A stretch of DNA of 64,000 nucleotides, taken from positions 434,001-498,000 of the forward strand of contig OZ287699.1 of NCBI GenBank assembly GCA_965649825.1. Reading direction: 5' to 3'. Below the pieces are notes generated by a model, which had not been told where the DNA came from, did not search any database, and saw only the letters and a list, made by a program, of their open reading frames with translations. Source of the DNA: Penicillus capitatus. Taxonomy: Eukaryota; Plantae; Chlorophyta. A program made the position numbers and the translations under genes. Positions within the stretch are counted from its first letter, which is position 1; every line of letters begins with the position of its first letter. Below are positions 46,821 to 58,478 of this stretch, piece after piece.

Positions 46821-47559
46821 ACGCACCGCCATTGCGAATGCGTGTGGCCGACCCAACAAAGAGTCTCCTGTCGCATCATCACCGCCGCCGGCCCTTTCGG
46901 TTAGCGCGCCGAGTGGGCGACTGCACTCGGCGAAAAAGGATGAGCACTAGGAGATGTGCCCTGTGTGCTGGGTGATATAAACACGTTGCTGAGATGCGTA
47001 CCAAACTTAGATGCCTCGAATGGCGGGAGAAAGAAGCAAGGAAACAAGAGCAGGACATCTGACTGTTTGCTGCACAAGTACGGTATCCTCGGTGCAGATT
47101 ATTGCGAAGTGAGTAGCCAGTCCCACATACAGTCGAACTGCACGATCGAACCAGCAGTTCAGGAGTTCTTGCACCCATCTCACTATTCGCGAGACGCATG
47201 GATCCGAATGTAACACGAATGCGAACAGAAAGCTGCTCGCATTGATAGGAATCCAGATGAGAACAGGAAGACCATAGTCATGGAACGATGACTTGTTGAG
47301 GCGCGTGTCTTCAAGCGGTTCTTTTTGTTCTTGCAACAAAGTTGCCGAATATCGCGCGGGCAGCGAGGGATTTCGTTAACGTGTCGATATCCTTTTTTTC
47401 TATCGTGCACTGCGTTCATCGTTCGTTGCTTGCTTGCGAAGGCAAAGTATCAGCTAAGTTGACAACTGGCATGGACAGTGTGTCTTTTGGTATTTTGTGA
47501 CATCGTGCCAGAACGTTATTGAGGTGACTGACCCACAGCTTTGAGTTCAAGATTTACAA

Positions 47560-49576
47560 GTATTGCGATCATAGCAAACGGGGAAAGTGGCCGCGGCAGA
47601 ATTCTGCCACGATGTGATGTTCCAAAAATAGACACTGGTGGAAGGGATCATTCACACTGTGTACTGCACCGACCGCTGAACCGCGTTCTGTTGGTGCACA
47701 AAAAGAACCTGACACCAAAGAGTGCATGTGTCAATGAAAATTGAACGAAATGTGTCCAAAAAGATATTCCGAATGCTGCGTTGTTTGCTCCATCAACGCT
47801 TTGTTTCATGGCGAAACGAACAGAATCTCGATGACACAAGTGACATCTCTATCAGGTTAGGGGATCTATCGAATGCGAGAATGTCGTTGTTGTTGATGAT
47901 GGAGATGCGTCAGGAGTCATTGACTGCCACGATAGAGACGGTGACCAGCAGACAAAACAAAAAAAGAGAACACGAAGATGGAGCCGAGGAAGTCCATCCA
48001 TTCATCCATATACAATGTCGTCTATCGGGCAAACGAATGCGTCAGGTGCAGCGTACAGATCTGAAGGTTCGTCGCAAAACTCTTGGCATCCCCCTTGTCA
48101 AACATTGCAGCCGTTTGCGTGTCATCCCGAACGTTTTCCTATGTCCTCCTCGGATCTGCACGATTTCTGTAATTACTGTCACCCAACCGTTTCTGACAAA
48201 TCCTAGGGATTCGTCTTCCAATTCTCTCGTCTCCAAGAGCTTGCCTTTTCTCTTTGCGCGATCGGCATTCACCTTGAAGGTATGCTCTGCAAACAGACAG
48301 CCTCCAGATCTGTTCCTTGATCACATTGGCGTACCTTCCACTTTATCCATTTGCGAGGAAAGTTGGTTAAGAACCGTGAAACGGCATTTGACAAGAATCG
48401 AGTGATCACCCAGGTTGCACAGGTACATCGTGGGATCTCCCGATCTCGTTTTATGGCCATCCAAGTAAAGCATCAGTCTCCTGCAATGACAGAAATTCAG
48501 AATCGTGCATGGCACAAGGTCGTCCTTGCAATTTCGAGTTCTCAATTGCGATCTCTTCCGTTGCCAATCTAGAAGGGCCCATCTCCCTCACGTATCGCAG
48601 ATTCCACTACCGCCAGGCAGACAGACTTTAGATGCGGACATGTGCATGACGGCTAAGATTACGATGTAAGTCAGTGTCTCTCTGTCGACGGTTAGCGCAC
48701 TGGACTCGTTTTCTGCCGTCTTGATTCTCATTTCCAGGCGCACACTGAAGAAATCGCTCTCCATATATACCGACGGGGTATTCAGGATATCCGAGACGGC
48801 AACAAAATTATGATATCCCCATTCGTCTCCTGGCCATCGGAAGGTACAGCGACCACCTTTAGACAAACCCACTTTCTATCTGGCCAGCCATAAACTGCCT
48901 GACGATGACCCGCACTCGGGGCACTTCTGTTTTCTTCGGCCATGACGGGTGTGAAAGCCAGCTGAACTGTCACGTGCATGACATTTCCCGACTGTAGATA
49001 GGCACTCAGGTATCCCCCTCTTCTCTTTAATCGCATACGCCTGCAGAGAACATCGATATCTGACAGGCAACCTTACGGCATACCCTCACCAGCGGTGTCC
49101 ATGTACTTCAAACTGCTCTGTCAGCAATGTTCTCCCTTCCTCCTCTAATAGAGAACGATGTACCCGACACTTTGCAGCACCTGTCAGCTCTTTTCGAAGA
49201 CGAGATGCGCGAAACGCACTTCGTAGGCCGCATACCACTGATACTTCCCAAGGACGTAACGGTACTCCACGTCCCCAGACACAGCTCTTCCTTCTACTTC
49301 CACTTTGTGGTTGCCGAACAGCGTGAGAAACGATTACCTGCGACGTGCATACGTGCTGCCCTTTAACGATGTTGATATGCTAAAACCTCTTTCAACTCGA
49401 AAAATGGAGGACCGGCTTAGCGATGCTATCATCTTCAACCGATGATGGTAAAGGATTGAGAAGATTGAAGCATCGTCAGCAATGGCTGGGAGACGGAGAC
49501 GCGAATCGCACTTGTGATAAGAGACATTAACAACAACAGACATTCTTCTTTTTGCATCGGAGTTGACCCATGACAT
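47560..49576 (-). CDS. MATH-MATH protein with Cys/His-rich tail, paralog C (ends approximate)
   Basis: FEVHGHRW, GYLSAYLQ, EWGYHNFV...YMESDFFSVRLEMRI, MYLCNLGDHSILVKCRFTVLN and GFVRNGWVTVITEI. Confidence 0.7.
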
Positions 49577-49821
49577 GAAAGAACAAGGTAAAATTCAGGT
49601 AGGTGTGGTTGCCGTAATGGAAACAACGAATGACAATGCGGTGCAGCTGATATTGAGGAGGTGTAGTTATTATGGCCGTAAAGCAATGAAAATTCTGAAT
49701 GTTCACTAACATTGCAAACATCCAAACCAAGTCGTGAGTCAACAGGAGAACAAAACATCAAAGGCACGGCGGCGGAAGTCCAACATGTCGTGAGCGATAA
49801 AAAAGCACGAGAGACGAATCC

Positions 49822-52800
49822 TTACGGTTCATGTTCGCTCGTAGGAGCTGCGCTGCTCTGTCGCACAAAACGAAAGAACTTTTCCTTAGCAGCTAAGAAA
49901 AAACAGTCAACTATGTAGACCTTAAGAATATGGAGCGTGCCTCTGTTTGTGTTGTAGGGCACTCCTTCGACGTCGAGGACACATCGCAGGTAGGTAGCCC
50001 CGAAGTATAAAAAGATAGCGACAAAAAGAAATAACAGTAAAGCATTGCAGAAACACATACCGGCGCTTATCAAAATCTTCACGACATCAGGAACTCGGTC
50101 ACCGTCGAAGAACATACTCGATACGAAAGTTAGCAAAGAAACTAAAATCGATATACCTTCAAGGTCATTCATACTGCTGAATTCTTCCCTGTAAGGGCGA
50201 TATATAGATTGGAAATATAGGGCAATGGCTAAGACGAAGACGGCAAGTACGGATTGGAGTTTTGCGCCGAGAGGGTAAGAAAGCATGACCACGATTGCAA
50301 GAACGGCTTTCCGCAGGACGATGACCGCTTCCCACACGACGAATCTCTTTTTGTATCCCCGGTACAGGAAACCGGCGACGTTGTAAATCCATCCTTCCCT
50401 ATATTCTTCTTCTACTTGTTTGGCGATCAGACAAGCTATACTCAAGGGAAATCCAAGTGTAAAGATAACGAGGAATGGCCAACCAACGCCGACGGCTAAA
50501 ATGAAATGAGAACCTTCATAGCATTTGATAGTCGAGTCGGCAGTCCAGTAGGCTGTCGTCTTGTTGCTCATTAGACTGAGCTCGTCATATACTTCCACAC
50601 ATGTCAAGATACTGATCAGTGTTTTCGTCAGAGAAATATAATTAATGTAGAAAACAGCGATGAGGCTAAGAAAGAACCTCTTCAGAAAGTAAACTTTGCC
50701 TTTTTTATGAGAGATTGTGACGATGAGCCAAAACAATGAAAACATACAGATGAGGCCAAACGGCAGCAAAACGTCGATGACGCTGCTGACGATGGCCCGT
50801 TCGATCGACGAATTCTGAGATACGAGGCAGTCAATCGAACGATTCATGGTTTCTGTAGTCACGCCACTAGTGAACTCTACAAAACCAATGCGCTTGCTCT
50901 CCTTGCAACGAGAAACCGAGATAGTTCGCACCTGCCGTTTCAAAAAGAGCGACCACGCCGACCGTCCAATGCACATTGACGGCCACGACCACTGCTGTTG
51001 TCTGGAGATAGTTCACCGTGACCTGCATCCAAGATCAAAACGCTGCAGAGAAAAGCGGTCAACCTTGAACAGTTCAACTGCCTGCCACTTGGCGAGTTCC
51101 GCCGTCTGAATGGTGTCTTCTGGACGCGTTCGGTTCTGTCGCGCGCGTCGTAAAATCTCTGAGGACACGAGTCCACTGCACTGCGACTCCATCATCTGGA
51201 AGTCAATTTGAGAGGAGGAATTTCTGCTGGACGGTGTTCCTTGAAGTCGCCGTGTTCTTTCGCGGATCTTTTTCGTGAGAGCTGTCAGGTTGCTGCGGAT
51301 CAGAAAGCCTGAAATGGCGACGAGGATGAGGGTCGATACCACAATGAGCGACGTATTCTGAAATCCGCCGAGACACTTCCGACAAGAAAACGTTTGAAAT
51401 CTGCCGTAACCAGCCTCACACGAACCACACAGCGGACCAGTGTATCCCTAGATCCAAACTGACGAAGCGCAGCCAAAAGCGAAAAACGCACCTCTTTACA
51501 TTCAAGCCTCGTATATCCCTGTGCATATGCAGTGTCGGAGGAGCACGTCTGGATGGAATCTCCAGCTTCTGCTAAACGTTGATCACGTTCTCTAAACTCA
51601 CAAGCCTCCAATTTGAGGCATTTCTGAAGATGTGTTGAGCATGGTGTCCTGTGCCAGTAGCCAGTCTCTGGTCGGATCACTTGAGAAGCGCAGTTTGCGT
51701 GCTTCGGACAAGGGATGCATCCGGTTTCTGGCGACAGACTGTACGTCTCGCCACTGCACTTCTCGCAGAGCAAACCTCCCATTGTCGCCTGTTCGCCAAT
51801 GACGCACTTTCTGATCTGGACACGGACGACAAAGGCCTCCAGCCCAGAGTCACTGAACTCAATTCTTATTATGTAGCTACCCGGTGTCTGATATCCATTA
51901 ATACCAGAGAAGCTACCCTTGCCGTTGACCAGAGTGATCACGACTTCACCTTCGAAAAAATCGTCTGGTGATCTCATGATTGCCTTTACGTTGTCTTCGT
52001 CTGTTCCGATAGCAGGTCCTTGACCCAGAGCATCAACGACCTCGATTTCAATCGTCGGTATGGGTGTACCGCTTGTGTGATTCTCCACAACAAATTCGTT
52101 TTCCATGATCTCCTGCGATTCGTTCTTGTCTTCGTATCTGATCTTCTTCTTCGAAATGCGGGCGTAGGACGCGATGTCTGGACCGTATTTTTCAGCAGTA
52201 TTGGCCGTCCAAGAGACACACGTGTTGACATTTGGATCGAAACTGCTCGCACGGATAAGTTTTGCACGAGGTTCGGCTTCAGACTCTTCTATGTTATTGC
52301 GACACTTCATGACGACTGCATCCAAGTCGCTGCAAAAGATCGTCCCTCCTGCATGCTCTGCTCTATTCTTAATGAATTCAGTATCCTCAAGAACGACCGA
52401 TGCACAGTCGACTGTCGTGTTGAGACAATCGGCATCGACGCTTCCCACGAAATGCAAACTTCCTGGGGAACAGGACAACGATCACGAAGGTATAAGTAAG
52501 AGACGGTGAACGTTACCTCCATATTCGGCCCTGTTGTTTCGGACCTCGCTTCTGTTCAGTGACACGACCGACGAATGCGTGCCATTCGTCTCGACAGAAA
52601 TCGCCCCTCCTTTGCTCTTAGCCACATTGTTCTCAAGGACGCACGCTATGCAATGAACGGTAGCCGATCCGTTTCCCATGATCGCTCCTCCGTGTTGTCG
52701 CGAACGGCAGTTGGAGACACGGAGCTCCCGCGCCTCGAGAGACGACGAGAACAGGGCCACTGCGCCGCCGGAGGCCGCCTCTCCCTTCCTCATTGTCACG

Positions 52801-55800
52801 TTTACACAGCGCACGGCACTGTTGTTGTCGGAGAGGACGAGTCCGCCAGCGGAAACGGCGTTTCCATCTTTGAGCGTCGTGTCGGTTAGCTTTGTCGAAG
52901 AATTGAACGTGCTCAAGCAGCTTCCGGCTTCGGCACGACAACCCATCATCGTGCCGTCCCGGATGCGGAGCGTCGATTCTCTTACGTAGACAGCTCCTCC
53001 GAGACCAGAGGCCAATTGTCTTGCAAAGCGCACTTCGGTAAGCTTTCCGACCGACTCCGTCACCAGTGCCATACCTCCACCGTTTCCTCGAGCTTTGCTA
53101 TCAACGAAAGCAGAGTGCTCGATGTTGATGATGCTCGACTCTTCAGCGTAGATTCCACCTCCATCGAGTCCGGCTGATATGTTACTGAGCTGCAGATCTT
53201 CAGCTGTCAGGCTCGATCCAGTCGCGTAGATAGCTCCTCCTTTGGCACTGGCATTGCAGAACTGGAAGATTGACTCCCTGACGTTGGCGACTGTCGACGT
53301 GCCGAGATGCAAAGCACCGCCGTTTTCTTCAGCCCTTGCGCTCTCCACCATGACAGCCATCATTTCGACATCACTGTTGTTTTCGATGTTGACGCATCCC
53401 CCTCTCGTTGCGACACTGTCGGTCATTTTCGACTTTCTTATGTAGACGCTGGAGTTGTCACGGACATAGAGCACTCCGCCAGATTTGGCGGCGCCATGGA
53501 AAGTATTGCAGTGATCGAGGCTCGCCGTCGAGTCGTCCTGAACAAACCAGATTCCACCGAGTTCCTGGGCTGTGCTCTCCAAAAAAGAACAATTGGTCAT
53601 GTTAGCATTCGTCTTCGTTTTTGCCGCCACCGTTCCTCCTGACAGAGCGAAGGATCTTGAGAAGGTTGAATTGGACACCCACAAAACAGATTCTCCCTTT
53701 GCGAAGATGCTCCCGCCCGAATCTTCGGCTTCATTGTCTTCAAACGTGGCATCGCACATGTGAAGCTGAGATGCCTTCATGTAGATCGCCCCTCCAGAGT
53801 CTCCAGCCGAGCAGTTCTTTAACGTCGTGTTCGTTGCGTTCACAAAGCTTCCGTCCGTGGCGAAGATGCCACCACCACTCAGATTCGATTGTCCGCTTTC
53901 CAGCTTCGACTGTCGTAGATGCAGTGAACCCGCGTGCAAGAAAAAGAATACACCATTGTCTGCGATCCCCCTTTGCATTCGACAATTGTTGCAGCTCATT
54001 TCTGAGTCTTCGATATACATGTGGCCTCCAGACACGGAGGCATCACTGTCCGACAACGAGCAGCTTTCCATGCTCCCGTTCACGCGTTGCTGGAGAAATA
54101 TGGAACCACCGACGACAGCTTTGTTCCGAACAAAGGTCGATTGGACGAGCTCCAGTCTGCTGGATCTCTCCAGATGAATGCTCCCACCATTGTAGCCGGA
54201 TGTGTTGTTTCTGAAAAGAAGATCTGTGCCACGAACTTCGGATTCCAATGAAAAGACAGCGCCTCCCGATATTCGAGCGGCGTTCGATTTAAAAGAGCAC
54301 CGATCGGCAGAGAAGGAACTGTTTCCGTCGACGGAGATAGCACCGCCTGCCTCGGCTGTGTTTTGAATAAAGAACGAATCCTGGACCTCCACGTTTGACT
54401 GGACAGCGTTTATGACGCCGCCGATGTACCCAGTGTTCTTGCGAAACTGTGAATGCTTAATGTTCGCGACGGATCCTAATAAGCGAATGCACACTCCAGT
54501 CGGATTTCTGCCGAGAGCGACGCCATCGGAATGGCGGCGGAATATCGAGTCGGACAGCATCACGGTTCCGTTCAAAACGTCAAACAACACGCCTTGGTTG
54601 TCGAAGGCGACCATATGATCTACGGTCGTGTGCGATCGCGACGGAGCGTAAAAGAAGATTTGGCTCTCTTGCGTCTCCTCCGCCACAAGATTACGCCTGA
54701 GCGTCACTTTGCTGAGAGTGTTCTTCAGGGAGAGCTGAACGCAACCGGCTGCGGAGCAACGATTCTCTCTGAAGGAAACGCCAAACATCTTCACCGTTAC
54801 GCACGAAGGCGACTGCACTCGAAAAAACGCCGACCGACCCACTTGGTTTCGGGAGAAGTGAACATGGTACAGCAAAACACTGCCGCCGAGATCTTCGTCT
54901 TCGCACGTGTCGACATCGACGATACTACTGCTCTGGCGGCCAGAAGGATGAAAAAGACATTCTGCGAATCGAAGGTGTGCAAAGAGAACGTCGCTTGCCC
55001 TGGAATGCACGTTAAGAGGGCCTCTCTACTTCAAACCGACAGACGTACTTGACAAGAAAGACGCCTTCGTTTTCGCTCGGACATATGAAAGTCGCTTTCT
55101 TTCGGCTTGGGCGTAGAACGCCGCCGTCGGTTTCCAGTGTTTCTGTAACGGCGCTCAATGTGAGCGACCACGGGAGGGTCACCCGAGAAGCGAGTCGAAT
55201 GCTGCCGTCGATGTCGAACAGAATTTTGTCCCCGTCCTGAGAGCAATTGATGATGAACTGCAAGTCATTTCGTACTTCTCGGAGAACGACATCGTCCACG
55301 AGCCATGTCTTTGTATCTGAGTTGTAATATTCATTTAGTTGCCTCCTGCTCAGTAAGCACTTGTATACTGGTCAGACAAACCGAAGTCAAGTTAGCACAC
55401 CATACAAGGAGTACGTACGTGCATCTCTGTCTGCCTTGTTGCGTTTTTCTCTCAGAAGATTTCGTTTTGCACTTATGACCTGAACGTGAACAGCTCGGCT
55501 GAGTTCGGTTGCTGGTGTAAAGCAGAGGACGTCTCACTTCGTCGTCTGACGTTTTGTTTATGATGAGCTCGTGGTTAACGTTTCGGGGAGGGATCATGGA
55601 AAAGGTCGTTTGAGTATCTGAACGAGGCAAATGTTCTGAACGTTGTCCAGAAGATTTCAACACAAAGTTGGAAACAGACGCCACAGAGATTCCAACGGCA
55701 AATCTCTGGTGAAGATGGTAAGCGAAAGTCGTGTTTGACACCACATCTGCATGTAAGGCCTGAAAGGAGCAGGCAAGGTAAAGAAGAGAAACGACAAGTG

Positions 55801-55804
55801 ACAT
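49822..55804 (-). CDS. Large secreted/membrane protein: signal peptide, pectin-lyase-like parallel beta-helix (GGA(I/V), FxxN repeats), Cys-rich repeat, C-terminal multi-pass TM domain
   Basis: MSLVVSLLYLACSFQALHA; 842-aa ORF with many F..N.A..GGA(I/V) repeats; CEKCSGETYSL...CIPCPKHANC...GYWH...C; 384-aa exon with several TM helices (YINYISLTKT, GWPFLVIFTLGFP, WEAVIVLRK, YRPY). Confidence 0.85.
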
Positions 55805-56483
55805 AAGGGTCGCTTCCACCGACGATCAGGAAAATGATTCGAGTGCTTATGGGCCTACTATCCTTAAACTCCTCATACACGCATGACGGCAGCCCGAATG
55901 ATGCTAAATATATAGAAAAGGACGGGTGGATTTCTTAACCTTCAAACCTCGCCGACTTGACTGGCGGAGGCGAAACGAGAGAAAACCGTACGAGAGAATC
56001 CATCATGCCAAGCGCAGAGCGATGCATTTGAAGCCAGAGGTCTGTTTAGTGCGTCCGGCGGAATTTGCTGTACACAGGAAAGCGAGTGGACAACGTCATT
56101 TCTTCCTCGATTTCTCTAAGCAGGGCTAGCGCGTAGCTTCTGAAAGACGCGGGCGGGTGATTCGCAGGGTGGACGACGGATGTTTGACCGCAAGGCTACC
56201 TCCCTCCTTGTAAGACGCGTGCGTACTGCAGAAGGCAGAGAAGTACAAAGTACTGAACGCGTTGTTTTGGCTGTCGATTTTAGAAAGAAGAGGCGTCTGT
56301 GCCTTCGGATGCGTATCCATCTGGCCATTGTTCAAAGGACACATAGTTCTCTTTTAGGCACCACTCCGCCAAACAGATGTCTGCCTTTTATCCACAAAGC
56401 CTCGCGCAGGTGACGCAAAATGGGAAGTGCCACGTCAGACACGAGAGATGTAGCTTCATTCATCTACGTGCGATGAAAGCTTC

Positions 56484-58478
56484 TTAAATTGATCCCCGAA
56501 ACACAAGAGGGCCATGGGATGAGCATTTGACAGGACAATCGCGTCGAATCCTTCGTCCTTCGCAAAATTCGTTCACAAAACATCCCCGCCCTTCCGAAAT
56601 CAGCCAACTGATCTTATAAATAGAACAACTGTCTGTCAACACCCCTTCCGATCCTTCAACATCGTGACTACATTTACAGAGCAAAACAATCACTCTGGCA
56701 TCAGCCAATCAATCGAAATGTTCAAGCGTCGAGCGCTATGGACGAAATTCTGTCTCCATAGCGAGTCTTGACGAAATCGCAGGTCTGTCACTGCTGATGA
56801 AAAAATCCCTGGAGAAAATCATCGCTTCTTCATCTGTTATGTATGGTCAGTATGTTTTCTGTTTTCGGTTGCCTCTGCGCTGTTTACGTCCCATCCAATT
56901 TCGCACACTGCACCAACAATGCACTGCTGCTTCCTTCTTTTCTTCGATCATTTCGAGGAGTGTAATCTCCGCAGCAAAATTGATCTGAGCATTCCGGACG
57001 AAACCGCGTGTCTCTTCTTCCATCTCGAAGCATTTTAGAAGCTTCACCCAACCCAATGCCTGACGTGCATCAATCCAAAGAACCCGCTCTTCACACACCA
57101 TCTCAACCACATCGACATTCCAAGTGTTGAATGCAGGATGGATGACCTTTGACACGATCTTTGCACGTCGAGTCATGGTTGAGCGCAGCGATGGCGCATT
57201 TTACGCGAATCGGGTAGTCATTCATGTTATGAAGATAGATCCCAAGATTAGGGGACGTCATTTGAGGTCCGTTTGGACACAGCATCAGCTTCCTAATAAC
57301 ACACAGAGCACAGCTCCACGCTGCACGGAGGCACGCATCGCGAGATGGTACATGTCGGAGTGACCGATCGTAAATCTCTCCGAACACATTCTGGATGGAC
57401 TCATTTCTTTGAGATGCCTCAAGTGCCACTACACACTCAAACGCATCCTCGATAGAGCAACGACTCAATTCTTACAAGCAATGTTGCCATGTTGCCGTCG
57501 ACAGACATAGCGCAGGATTCGTTGTCCGGTTTCCGAATACGCATGTCCAGACGCACATGAAAATAATCATCTGTCAGGTACCCTGCGGATGGATCCTTTA
57601 GAGCCAATGCATGCGCGAGGTCGCCAAATCCCCAACCATCATTGTACGACACAAATGTGTAACAATCACCTACATAACGTCACCCATCACACTTTTCTTT
57701 GCGTCCTTAATCAGCGATGCACCTCGGCTTTTCGTCTTTTCTGACTCTGCCTCGTTTATTATGGTAAAGCTAAAATGCACGGTGACCTTGTTCCAGTTTT
57801 TTGAGACTAGATAGGCCGAGAATTCTCCTTCTCTGTTATGATGAAGGCTCACAGACCTACCGCAGTCGCCTGCGTTAGCAAACCGAGTCTTTGCTCTTCG
57901 TCTTGTACCAGCAGCGGTTATCGACGACGAAGTGTTTGGTAAAGACGAATCTCTCCCTTTCTAACAGACATCGATGAATTCGGCACTACGACAACTATCC
58001 GTCGAGCAGCAAGGACGTCTTGTTGCAGCACACTTCGTAAGTGGCGTGCCATTTGTAACTACTGAGCGAGTACAAATACTCAATTCCACCAGAGACGCCT
58101 CTTCCTTCTACGCTCTGTCATACGGCATCGCACGACGTCGAATTCAACCGCACCTTCTGTCTGCATCGAAGCGGAACAAGACGATAATGAAGATGGGTTA
58201 CAGCGACGGCAGAGAGGGCCAGTTGGTTGAGTCATGACACAGGTGACGCGTCTTTGTTCTGCACGAGGCTTCGATGTTATCATGTGTCCGTCCAGACGGA
58301 ACGAATGCGACGTCGGTACAACGGCATGACGACGTATGAGGACACGCGGTGTCGGCAGAGTGGCAGCTGATTGGGAGCAAGACTCGAGGGATAGCGGAAC
58401 AAGGTCATTGGCGCAGCTGACCGTGGCCTTATTCTCGTCAACGTCGATTGGCGACGAGGTGGCAATGTTTCGTGCCAT
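56484..58478 (-). CDS. MATH-MATH protein with Cys-rich tail, paralog D (ends approximate)
   Basis: EFSAYLVSK...VTVHFSFTIIN, GWGFGDL...GYLTDDYFHVRLDMRI, LGIYLHN...IRVKCAIAALN and GWVKLL...GFVRNAQINFAAEI. Confidence 0.72.

Larger units (their letters stand above)
43570..47173 (-). repeat. Right arm of the high-identity inverted duplication (partner 10634-14240)
   Basis: Reverse complement of the left arm, with scattered substitutions and different minisatellite copy numbers. Confidence 0.95.

Noticed and set aside
10634-47173. The 3.6-kb inverted arms as terminal inverted repeats of a giant transposon
   Set aside because: There is no TSD at the outer ends (ACTCCGAA vs CCCATCTC) and no transposase, recombinase or polB inside. 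Homology continues inward through diverged host paralogs.
49822-55804. Bacterial contamination or recent HGT of a chlamydial Pmp autotransporter
   Set aside because: It has spliceosomal introns, a eukaryotic Cys-rich and multi-TM C-terminus, and no autotransporter barrel.
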